Virus record (IMG/VR): IMGVR_UViG_3300010885_004110
Span: 1-64,000 of that record
Reading direction: 5' to 3' (one strand)
Origin: a virus
DNA length: 64,000 nt
The notes beneath the pieces are model-generated. The model was given only the letters and a program-made list of their open reading frames with translations. It ran no database searches and was not told the DNA's origin. Of this stretch, positions 8,475 to 17,129 are shown piece by piece. Positions within the stretch are counted from its first letter, which is position 1. Every line of letters begins with the position of its first letter. Made by a program: the position numbers and the translations under genes.

Positions 8475-9813
8475 ATATTTGTTTACATAGGTTATAAAAG
8501 TCTGTGTATTCTGGAAATGTATTTAATAAATCAGTACCTAGACGTTTATCGTTTTCAGTAAAAAAGCTATAAAAATCTCTGCGTCCTGCACGTATTTTTT
8601 CTTCTGAGATAGTCTTAGCCTTCATGTAATCTGTTACACGAAGAAATTTTTCATATTCTACTCCGGTAAACCATTCTTTATTATCTTGAATAAATTTTAA
8701 TGTATTGTCCATATAGACTACAAAATCATCTGTAAGAATATTAATCATCCAATGAGGAGGTTCCTTTAAGTAAGGAGTATCAAAAGATACTGCATTCATA
8801 CCAAATTCTTTACGCCATTCAATTACCTTATGTAATAGACTTTGAAAATTTGTCACACATAACACATTAAACGTACACATTAAATTAACTGTGGCTCCAG
8901 TAGCAATCACTGCTTTCATATTTCGTTCCCAATGATCACATTTTAACCCGGTACGCATATATTCTGCTTGTTCGCCCCAACTGTCTATGCTAGTAAAAAA
9001 ACTAAATTTACGGATTTTCTTTTGATCTAACAAACTCTGTACACGTTCTAGAAGTCTATCAACTCGATCAAAAGTAACTCCTAAATTACTGTTTAACGTA
9101 ATTTCTAAATGAGGACTAGGTTCAGACTCTAGTAAATCAAAAAACTGCATAGCACCCGGATTCATCAGTGGCTCGCCACCGGTTATACGTAGAGTATCTA
9201 AATCATTTTTTAAACTTGGCCACCAGCGCCAAAATGCTTCAATGTAGGGATTTTCGTCTTTAGGACCATAGTAAGTTCCGTTACTCATAAATTCAATGCC
9301 ATATTGATTATAAGTTAAGTCATAATTTCCATGTTTCTTAATTTCTTCTGTCCACATAGTACTTGCTTGAGGGCAACAGTAGCCGCAACGATAATTGCAA
9401 GCATTACCGAAACTGACTTCTAAATATTTTGGATTAATTGGAGCATCCCACGGAAGTTCTGCTAACTTTTCAATCAACGGTGTGGAAAAATTACTAGCAC
9501 TGTGAATCATTCTATCACTTATATGATCACCTTCTAAGTCTTCAATGTTCCAACAATAAGAGCATTCGCTGGGACGCTCACCTTCTAGCATTTTTTTACG
9601 TTGTTCTTTTTTCCATTTGGTGTTATGTAATGCACTTGGATCAATGGCAATTTCATCAAGCCCAATGTGATGGGGGCGAGGATGATAACAACTGTGATTG
9701 TCGCCTGTGTGTAGATACAAAGTTTGATGCAACCATTTCATTGTACAGTAACTAGGACTTACTGCATTTAATCTATCTCTAACACTTTTTACAAATTGTA
9801 CTCTATGATCCAT
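8458..9813 (-). CDS. radical SAM protein with N-terminal SPASM/twitch-like Cys cluster
   Basis: CNYRCGYC, ITGGEP; N-terminal CTMKW..SCYH..CSYCW. Confidence 0.85.
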   Translation of the reverse strand: MDHRVQFVKSVRDRLNAVSPSYCTMKWLHQTLYLHTGDNHSCYHPRPHHIGLDEIAIDPSALHNTKWKKEQRKKMLEGERPSECSYCWNIEDLEGDHISDRMIHSASNFSTPLIEKLAELPWDAPINPKYLEVSFGNACNYRCGYCCPQASTMWTEEIKKHGNYDLTYNQYGIEFMSNGTYYGPKDENPYIEAFWRWWPSLKNDLDTLRITGGEPLMNPGAMQFFDLLESEPSPHLEITLNSNLGVTFDRVDRLLERVQSLLDQKKIRKFSFFTSIDSWGEQAEYMRTGLKCDHWERNMKAVIATGATVNLMCTFNVLCVTNFQSLLHKVIEWRKEFGMNAVSFDTPYLKEPPHWMINILTDDFVVYMDNTLKFIQDNKEWFTGVEYEKFLRVTDYMKAKTISEEKIRAGRRDFYSFFTENDKRLGTDLLNTFPEYTDFYNLCKQIYDECK

Positions 9814-11221
9814 GTTTGCTCTTGTTATATAAATTTTTGAATTCTGGAAATGTATTTACAAATGATGTGCCTTTGCGGCGATCATGTTCATCCCAATACA
9901 TGTGAAAATCTTTTAATGCAGATACCTTATCAAAAGGTGTTGTTTTAATCCAGTCTAACAATCGTTGTACTTTACTGATTTCAAAATCTTTAAACCCTTT
10001 AAATCGAGTTTCCGGAGTTTCGTGGTTATCTTTCATAAACTCAATGGCAGATTCTAACAATGTTGCCATCTCGGGAGCTATTCTAGGATCCATCCAATTA
10101 GGACTAGTAAGTTGCGGAATGTCAACCCATATTAACTGTCGATCTGTATTATACGTTTGTCTTAATAATAAAATATTTTTTAAATATTCTAAAAATCTAG
10201 GGTAACTTAACACATTAAAAGTCACAATAAAAGTTAAACTGTGTTTGCTACTATTTTGTAGATAGTTGGTAATATTTTTATAAAGTGTGTTAAAATTTAA
10301 TCCGTCTCTAATGTATTCTGCTTGATTGCCCCAACTGTCTAAACTGCAAAACAACATGAAATGTTCTATGGCATTGGTATCTGTTACTTCTTTAAGGCTT
10401 GATAAAAATTTATTCCACTGATCGCCGGGTGGACAACAATTACTAGTGATGCTAAGATGAAGATCTTTTTTAGGACGAGATTTAATATATTCAAATACTT
10501 TAAATGTATTTTTATCCATTAAAGGTTCGCCACCTGTCATTCGAAATGTTTGAAGGTTAAAATAAATTTGAGGCAACCATTTCCAAAATGCTATTAGATA
10601 AGGATTAGACAAACTGTTGTCGGGTACTGTATCACGCTGCTGCATCCATGTAATATCATTATGCTTTTTAGTAGACAATTGATACGGACCGTTACGTTCT
10701 ATATCTTGCATCCATGCTGTGGATAAATGTGGACTACAATATGTGCATCGTAAATTGCAGGCTTGATTAAAATTTACTTCTAAGTACCTAGGGGCAGGGT
10801 TACCGTCTGCACCTAAGGCAACAGCTTCATTAATGATTCCCGGTCGATATACATCTTTACTTCTATATGCACGGTCGCTTATGTTATCTCCGCTGTCTTC
10901 TATTTCCCAACAAAAACTACACTCTTCTGGTCTTTTACCATCCAGCATTAATTGACGCTGTTCTTTTTTATATTTGGTATTATGTAACGCACTAACATCA
11001 ATGGCAATTTCTTCTAAAGGTATTTTATGACTGCGTGGATGATAGCAACTATGCGTTTGTCCCGTGGGGATATGAATACTAACATTATACCATTTTGCTA
11101 GACAAAAACTAGGACTTACTGCATTAAGACCGTGTAGGATTTTTTCAGTATCGTGAAGATATACAGATTGAATTTTTCCATCAACAACCTTAATTTTATC
11201 CCCATTAATATTATTCAACAT
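9803..11221 (-). CDS. radical SAM protein, paralog of 8458-9813
   Basis: CNLRCTYC, MTGGEP; N-terminal CLAKW..SCYH..CSFCW. Confidence 0.85.
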   Translation of the reverse strand: MLNNINGDKIKVVDGKIQSVYLHDTEKILHGLNAVSPSFCLAKWYNVSIHIPTGQTHSCYHPRSHKIPLEEIAIDVSALHNTKYKKEQRQLMLDGKRPEECSFCWEIEDSGDNISDRAYRSKDVYRPGIINEAVALGADGNPAPRYLEVNFNQACNLRCTYCSPHLSTAWMQDIERNGPYQLSTKKHNDITWMQQRDTVPDNSLSNPYLIAFWKWLPQIYFNLQTFRMTGGEPLMDKNTFKVFEYIKSRPKKDLHLSITSNCCPPGDQWNKFLSSLKEVTDTNAIEHFMLFCSLDSWGNQAEYIRDGLNFNTLYKNITNYLQNSSKHSLTFIVTFNVLSYPRFLEYLKNILLLRQTYNTDRQLIWVDIPQLTSPNWMDPRIAPEMATLLESAIEFMKDNHETPETRFKGFKDFEISKVQRLLDWIKTTPFDKVSALKDFHMYWDEHDRRKGTSFVNTFPEFKNLYNKSKHGS

Positions 11222-12629
11222 CGGTTTCTTTTTTATATCGATCTTTAGTTTTTAAATGCAATTCTAACGACGGTAACCATTCTGTATACTCGGAGAACAA
11301 CCAATCAAAATCGTTAATTTTTGAAAGTTCTTCTAAGTCACCAACATTTGCTGTTCCAAATCTGTAACCTGCAAGGGCGCCGCCGATAGAATATAATCCA
11401 AACGGCTCATTTTTTCCAACTGCACACCAAATTCTTAATCTAACTGTTGTTTCTTTATCATAGTTTCGATCAATTGATTTACTAGATAACTTTGCACATT
11501 CTCTAAATGCACTTCTCCAGGTGCTAAATTCATCAATATTGAACGCTGTTATATTACTAACTTCTTTCATTACTTGAAATTTGTCGCTAATAGACGTTGT
11601 CATATCTGGTTTTGTTATATCCATTGACATAGTTAAATGCTTAGGAAACAATTTTACACCGCCGTATCCGTATCTTAATTTGTTTACGGGATTTTTACTG
11701 CGCCAGACATGAACAGTTTCTATTAAATTAATTCTACGCTGACGATCATAATAGGGAATTTGTTCAAATTCAAAATTAAATTCTGGAAGTATTTCAGCAT
11801 CGGCATCTATTACCCAAAACATTTCAGTACTAGATAATTCTGCTGCTTTAATATGGGCTTGATGTATACCTTTAACTCCATGCACACGTTTAGCTAATGG
11901 AAATCTATCAAGAAGCTTTTGATAATTTATATCAGCATTAGTTTCGTCGTACGACATAAAAAACATATCGTAGGGCCTAGGCATCGACGCAACTACATCA
12001 ATTTCTTTCTTGTTAATATAAAATCTGTTTTCAAACTCACGTTGGGTAACTATGGTGCTTTTTGGGAAAATACAAATTCCATCAAAATATTTGCCATTTT
12101 TAAATACATGCGGAATATGTTGATCGTATTTAGGAACTTTAAAATCAAATGCAAATTCCGGATTAACTAATACTTCATCCCATATTACCCAAAACATATC
12201 AGTGGTAGCAGTTTCAATAGCATTTAGATATTCTTCATATGTGTCTATGTAAAACTTGTCGTAAGGTTTAGGTGTCGATGCAACCACATCAATTTCCTTT
12301 TTGTTAACATAAAATCTGTTGCTAAATTCTCTCTCAGATACTGTTGAATTTTTAGAAAATAGTGATATTCCGTCATAGTATTCACCATTTTTAAATACAT
12401 GAGTATAGGATTCATCCCATTTAGCAACTCGATAATCAAATATAAAATTGTCAGATACTACTAAGTCATCCCAGACAATCCAAAAAAACTTAGTAAAAGA
12501 TTTTAACTTAACATCATTAAAAGATTTTACATTTTCTAATTTTCTTGCCGCAGGAAATCTTTTAGAAAACAAGTTCCAGGCATCAGTATTAACTGATGTA
12601 TTACTAATGTAAAAAATATCATATATCAT
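11211..12629 (-). CDS. glycosyltransferase-like protein with three tandem GT-A-like units
   Basis: Repeats FWIVWDD / FWVIWDE / FWVIDAD; last unit is homologous to the next gene. Confidence 0.6.
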   Translation of the reverse strand: MIYDIFYISNTSVNTDAWNLFSKRFPAARKLENVKSFNDVKLKSFTKFFWIVWDDLVVSDNFIFDYRVAKWDESYTHVFKNGEYYDGISLFSKNSTVSEREFSNRFYVNKKEIDVVASTPKPYDKFYIDTYEEYLNAIETATTDMFWVIWDEVLVNPEFAFDFKVPKYDQHIPHVFKNGKYFDGICIFPKSTIVTQREFENRFYINKKEIDVVASMPRPYDMFFMSYDETNADINYQKLLDRFPLAKRVHGVKGIHQAHIKAAELSSTEMFWVIDADAEILPEFNFEFEQIPYYDRQRRINLIETVHVWRSKNPVNKLRYGYGGVKLFPKHLTMSMDITKPDMTTSISDKFQVMKEVSNITAFNIDEFSTWRSAFRECAKLSSKSIDRNYDKETTVRLRIWCAVGKNEPFGLYSIGGALAGYRFGTANVGDLEELSKINDFDWLFSEYTEWLPSLELHLKTKDRYKKETDVE

Positions 12630-13504
12630 TTTAAATAAGTATTTGTAAGTTTAATAGTTTCGTGATATAAATCTAATGTATATCGACTTTGATTAGAATC
12701 AAGATATGGCCAATCTAGACCTAACTCTATTTTTAATTTGTCACCTAACTCTTTAATGTCATCAACAATAGTATTAGAATTAACATGTTCATTATAGATA
12801 TTGTTTAGTATTTCAAAATCTCGAACATCAACATAGTTCCATGATGTACAATTAGCTAACCAGGTACCCAACCTTGCACCGTGAACAGCATACATGCCGT
12901 GTTCTTCATGAGCGCCGACTGTGCTCCACATGCGCAATCGATGAAGATTATGCCACCAAATACGTTCTTTAATTTCCTGTGGAGGTATTTTAATGCCATC
13001 ATCTAAGGTCATTTTTACGCCTTCACGGAATCCTGCTCTCCACGCTTGATACGGACTTCCTGTAATTATTGTTTCGCTATAGCACTCTTTGAATTGTTGA
13101 TAACCGTCTTCCCAACAAAAGTCCACTTGAGCACGATCATTATCGCTAGCTTCATGACTTTTCATATTAAGAATAAAATCTTTTTTCCAAATTTTTAATC
13201 CGCCGTTTCCATACATTAGTCCGTTGAGCTTGTTTTTGCCTAACCAACTGTATACCTGTATTTTAGGATTGTTTGTGTCAATTTCTAAATTAAAAAATTT
13301 AGGATCGACTATGTTATCAGCATCAACGGTGATGAGCCATTCGGTATCGCTTAACTCAGCAGCAGCCTTGTGTGCAGCATCGCTACCTTTAACTCCGTGT
13401 ACACGTTTTGCCCAGGGCACTTTATTACATAAATCAGCATAGTGCAAATCTGCATTAGGTTCGTCGTAACTTAAGAATACAACATCAAATTCAACTGTTT
13501 TCAT
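12626..13504 (-). CDS. GT-A-fold glycosyltransferase-like protein
   Basis: DVVFLSYDEPNAD, RVHGVKG, ITVDADN (DxD), YGNGGLK, AWRAGFRE. Confidence 0.6.
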   Translation of the reverse strand: MKTVEFDVVFLSYDEPNADLHYADLCNKVPWAKRVHGVKGSDAAHKAAAELSDTEWLITVDADNIVDPKFFNLEIDTNNPKIQVYSWLGKNKLNGLMYGNGGLKIWKKDFILNMKSHEASDNDRAQVDFCWEDGYQQFKECYSETIITGSPYQAWRAGFREGVKMTLDDGIKIPPQEIKERIWWHNLHRLRMWSTVGAHEEHGMYAVHGARLGTWLANCTSWNYVDVRDFEILNNIYNEHVNSNTIVDDIKELGDKLKIELGLDWPYLDSNQSRYTLDLYHETIKLTNTYLK

Positions 13505-14091
13505 AATGTATCAATGACATATTGATCAAACAATCTTCTAGTATAAACACTAAACTGATTAGATGAATCTACAGAAAAGATCTTATCACTCGATGCAATG
13601 TCCCCTACTTTAAATGTTATTAATTGTAATAGAATATTAGGATCGTTATAATCAGTGATTAAGAAATTCATTTCCGTATCACCTTCCCAAATATTTTTTT
13701 TATATTTGTTATCCATAGAAAATATTAATTTAGAAGTTGTTACATCGTGCTGTATTAATATGTCGGGGGAGCTAATTTTAGACCACTTCCTATCAATGAC
13801 TCGATGTAAGACATCGTCAATTTTAGTTAATGTATGCGTAGCAAAATTGTTAAGCCTAATTAAAGTTTTTGTTATTACATCAACTCGATAAGAAAATAAA
13901 TTTTCTCTACCATCAAGTATTGCCAATGCAACATCATCATCAATTTTAATTGTTGTTGCATGATGTTGAACACTGGTAGAAGGACCTACACTAGTAACTT
14001 CACCCTCAGCATTGTATACTACATGATATTCTATTACATTAGTTTGTTGAAGTTCGATCCACTCATCAAAATCCATTAATTCTTGTTCCAT
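13501..14091 (-). CDS. hypothetical protein
   Basis: 196-aa ORF translationally coupled within the operon. Confidence 0.7.
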   Translation of the reverse strand: MEQELMDFDEWIELQQTNVIEYHVVYNAEGEVTSVGPSTSVQHHATTIKIDDDVALAILDGRENLFSYRVDVITKTLIRLNNFATHTLTKIDDVLHRVIDRKWSKISSPDILIQHDVTTSKLIFSMDNKYKKNIWEGDTEMNFLITDYNDPNILLQLITFKVGDIASSDKIFSVDSSNQFSVYTRRLFDQYVIDTL

Positions 14092-14918
14092 GCAATCTCC
14101 TCTAATAGACTTATCACTTCGTCAGTTATTAAATCTTTTTCTACATAATGCACAATATCTGTTTGTTGATAATTACCAATTTTTAAATTACCATCTTTGT
14201 TGAGATAAAATCCCGCATGTTCTGTTACCTTTTCAGCGGACCATGGCCAATTTTGTACCATTGGTTTCATGTGTACAACTTTTGGAAAGTCTAAATTGTG
14301 TGAAATTTCGTCGGTAATATCTAAAATTTTTGCTGCAAGTCCAAATGCTTCATCTGTACCTAACACTTTAGGTTTATGATCTACCATATACAGATTTTTA
14401 AACTCGGTGGGATTTTTTAAAATATATCTGCCGAGCGTAAAAAATTCAGTTGCAATCTCTGTATTCTTTTTAAAAAAAGTAAACATTGAATATAAATTAG
14501 GAATATTATTTTTTGTAAATGCTTTTCTGTAAAAATCACTAGAAATTTCTTCACCTCGGTATGTAAACGATTTGTTAGAAATATATAAATCTTTATTTTC
14601 AACAAAATAATCAATCCAGTGACTGTAATCTCTAAGAAAAATCATGTCTGCATCTATGCAAACAGTATTAGTAAACGGGGATAATTTATCCATCCAACTT
14701 CTACCGTCCCAATGCTTTTCTTTATTCCATTCGATCACATAGTCAAATACCCAGGGACTTTTTAAATTTTTAACAACGGTTGGATTATCGATCACCAATG
14801 CTACTTGATCGTATCCGGGTTTCTGTGTATTCTTAATACTCAATGCTGCTGCATATGCACATTTAAGATAATCAATGTCTGCATGAGTAGATACAATAAT
14901 TAAATATCCAAAATTCAT
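14076..14918 (-). CDS. glycosyltransferase (GT8-like GT-A)
   Basis: AALSIK, SPFTNTVCIDADM (DxD), TDEAF, HMK, VHYVEK. Confidence 0.7.
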   Translation of the reverse strand: MNFGYLIIVSTHADIDYLKCAYAAALSIKNTQKPGYDQVALVIDNPTVVKNLKSPWVFDYVIEWNKEKHWDGRSWMDKLSPFTNTVCIDADMIFLRDYSHWIDYFVENKDLYISNKSFTYRGEEISSDFYRKAFTKNNIPNLYSMFTFFKKNTEIATEFFTLGRYILKNPTEFKNLYMVDHKPKVLGTDEAFGLAAKILDITDEISHNLDFPKVVHMKPMVQNWPWSAEKVTEHAGFYLNKDGNLKIGNYQQTDIVHYVEKDLITDEVISLLEEIAWNKN

Positions 14919-15775
14919 ATTAACTCCAGTAACTTATCTTTATTTCTAATAATGCTCTGTTTGTTAATTATGTGTACATCAACACCTTTAGTTGCAGATG
15001 CCCAAAAACTTCCGCAGTCAAGAGGCTTGTCAACTAAAAAAATTAATTTTTCTTTATCAACATCAAGTAAAATATCTTTGTCAAAAATTGTAAATACTGG
15101 CGGCAAGGTATAAACAAATTCAGTTTCAAACCCATTCATAATGTGTTTGGCAATACTAAATGCAATATCATTTCTAAATTGTTTAGGACTAAATCTAAAT
15201 AAATCTGCGTAATATCTATAATTGTCTTTGATAAAATCAACTAATTTAAAAAAGAATTGACTTTCTGGACTTTTATCAAACATTACCGTTGTTGCCCAGA
15301 ACATATGAATTCCAGTTTCGCTAACTCTGTTATCAAGGATGCCGGCTCTATCACCTGTGATATCATTCATAGAATGACTCATCATTACTGGCGCTTCGAT
15401 ATCCCAGTATTCATTTAAGACTGTAGAAAAGATCAAATAGTCACTGTCGATCATTAAAGTTTTATCGTAAGGGCTTAAATCCCAAACACTAAATCTGTTA
15501 GAATTTTCAAAAGGAATTGTTTGACTATTGAATCCGTCGTGCAATTTTCTATAGTTTTTAGTTACTGGCTTGTCTACTTCAATTATCTTATCAAAAATAG
15601 ATTCTGCTTTAGAATACATATTTGATTCTTTTAACCAAGCAATTGTCCATTTGTCAGTCACTAGACTAACAGGCACCTTAAGATTTTTCTTTGCCAGGCC
15701 AGCCGATATAATTGCCATTAATCCGTAATCAATTTGCGGATTGTTGTGAGCAAATATTAAAATACCTTTAGTCAT
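14915..15775 (-). CDS. glycosyltransferase (GT8-like GT-A), paralog of 14076-14918
   Basis: KGILIFA, SPYDKTLMIDSDY (DxD), RNDIAFSIA, DVHIINK. Confidence 0.7.
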   Translation of the reverse strand: MTKGILIFAHNNPQIDYGLMAIISAGLAKKNLKVPVSLVTDKWTIAWLKESNMYSKAESIFDKIIEVDKPVTKNYRKLHDGFNSQTIPFENSNRFSVWDLSPYDKTLMIDSDYLIFSTVLNEYWDIEAPVMMSHSMNDITGDRAGILDNRVSETGIHMFWATTVMFDKSPESQFFFKLVDFIKDNYRYYADLFRFSPKQFRNDIAFSIAKHIMNGFETEFVYTLPPVFTIFDKDILLDVDKEKLIFLVDKPLDCGSFWASATKGVDVHIINKQSIIRNKDKLLELI

Positions 15776-16122
15776 AGATCTAATAATTTTTCAACAGTTC
15801 TACTAGATTTAATTTTTTGATATTCTTCTAAATATTCATATGTAGCTGAAAAATATCTATCTAATATTTCATCTCTAAATGCATTTAAATCAGCAATTAG
15901 GATTGGATTTTCATTAATATCAATTAAAGGAATGTTTTCAACACGACCTTCATTAATTAACATCTGAACAAATGCTATAAGCGTTTGATCAATTTTAAAG
16001 AGACCCCCATTACAGCCGTAGGTAAGCCTAGCATTAATTTTCTCTTTAAGAGTTTTACGCTGAATAGCTAGCGTTTGCCTGTAGTTTGAAAAATCTAAGG
16101 CTTTTTGTAGACGTTCGTCCAT
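15772..16122 (-). CDS. hypothetical protein, first gene of the modification operon
   Basis: 116-aa ORF with AGGAG RBS. Confidence 0.7.
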   Translation of the reverse strand: MDERLQKALDFSNYRQTLAIQRKTLKEKINARLTYGCNGGLFKIDQTLIAFVQMLINEGRVENIPLIDINENPILIADLNAFRDEILDRYFSATYEYLEEYQKIKSSRTVEKLLDL

Positions 16123-16127
16123 GAGAT

Positions 16128-16171
16128 CTCCTATTAAATACGCACATTATTTATGTGGCACTTAACAGGAG
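16128..16171 (-). promoter_or_regulatory. late promoter in the loop of an RBS-sequestering hairpin
   Basis: - strand CTCCTGTTAAGTGC CACAT AAATA ATGTG CGTATTTAATAGGAG; TAAATA at 16148-16153. Confidence 0.65.
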
Positions 16172-16178
16172 TAAAAAT

Positions 16179-17120
16179 TTAACTACCAGTAATTGGATCT
16201 AGTACCGTCGATGCAGGGCCGACAATTGCAAAACTACCTGCAGTTCCAGTGGGCTGCAATACTCCGTAGGCTCTAACAGCAGTAACTGATAATGATAACG
16301 TTCCGTCAACTAGATCGCCAGGGGCTGGACTAGGCTCAGGACCTGGATCATAATATCCGTCTGTCCATGTAATTCTAAATGTTAAAACAGTAGCAGTACC
16401 GTTAGAATTGTTAGCTACATCGGACTTTGCTTCTAATTTCCAATTATTTGCAGAATACGGACTACTTGCAACTAAAGAATAATATTGTTGATACGATGTT
16501 GTTAAATTATAAAAATTAACTCCAGCAGTAATAGCTCCAAAACCCTGTGCTCCGGCAGATGCTAATAAATTACTCCACGCAGTATTTTGTTGGACGCCAC
16601 TAGTGCCACCGGTTCTTGAGCTTGAAAAACGTATTGACCCGCCGCTGTTAAAAAAGAATCTTGCTTCTTCGGCAGTGTTAAATGTAACCGTTGCAGTTGT
16701 GCTACGTGACTGATACCAGGACGAAGAAGTTGAAGTTGATGCTAATGCATCTGTAACAAATTGGCCGGATCCCAGATTAAATCTATTTGTTTTTGCTGTA
16801 TCTGCTAAAGTAGAATATTGAGTGTTGGGATTTCCAGCACCGTAGGCAATAAGACCGCCTACTGCAATTTGTACAATACTAGGTGTGACTCCAGTTTGAT
16901 GTATTAATGTATTGTAAAGATCATAGCGTAATGCATCCCACTGAGCTTTTGTTACTTGATTTCCTGATACTACCGCCGAACTAAAAGTTGTTTGCCCGTA
17001 TCCATGCGATGCATCGTAAAAATAAGTTAACTCAGGAGTTTTACCTGTTCCTATCAAAGCAATTGCTTTGTCTCGAATACTGTTATAATCCGTTGCCGAA
17101 ATTAGATCACCGATTGCCAT
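16179..17120 (-). CDS. virion structural protein (tail/fibre associated)
   Basis: Ser/Thr/Gly-rich beta protein directly after the fibre genes. Confidence 0.65.
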   Translation of the reverse strand: MAIGDLISATDYNSIRDKAIALIGTGKTPELTYFYDASHGYGQTTFSSAVVSGNQVTKAQWDALRYDLYNTLIHQTGVTPSIVQIAVGGLIAYGAGNPNTQYSTLADTAKTNRFNLGSGQFVTDALASTSTSSSWYQSRSTTATVTFNTAEEARFFFNSGGSIRFSSSRTGGTSGVQQNTAWSNLLASAGAQGFGAITAGVNFYNLTTSYQQYYSLVASSPYSANNWKLEAKSDVANNSNGTATVLTFRITWTDGYYDPGPEPSPAPGDLVDGTLSLSVTAVRAYGVLQPTGTAGSFAIVGPASTVLDPITGS

Positions 17121-17129
17121 GTCTTATCC

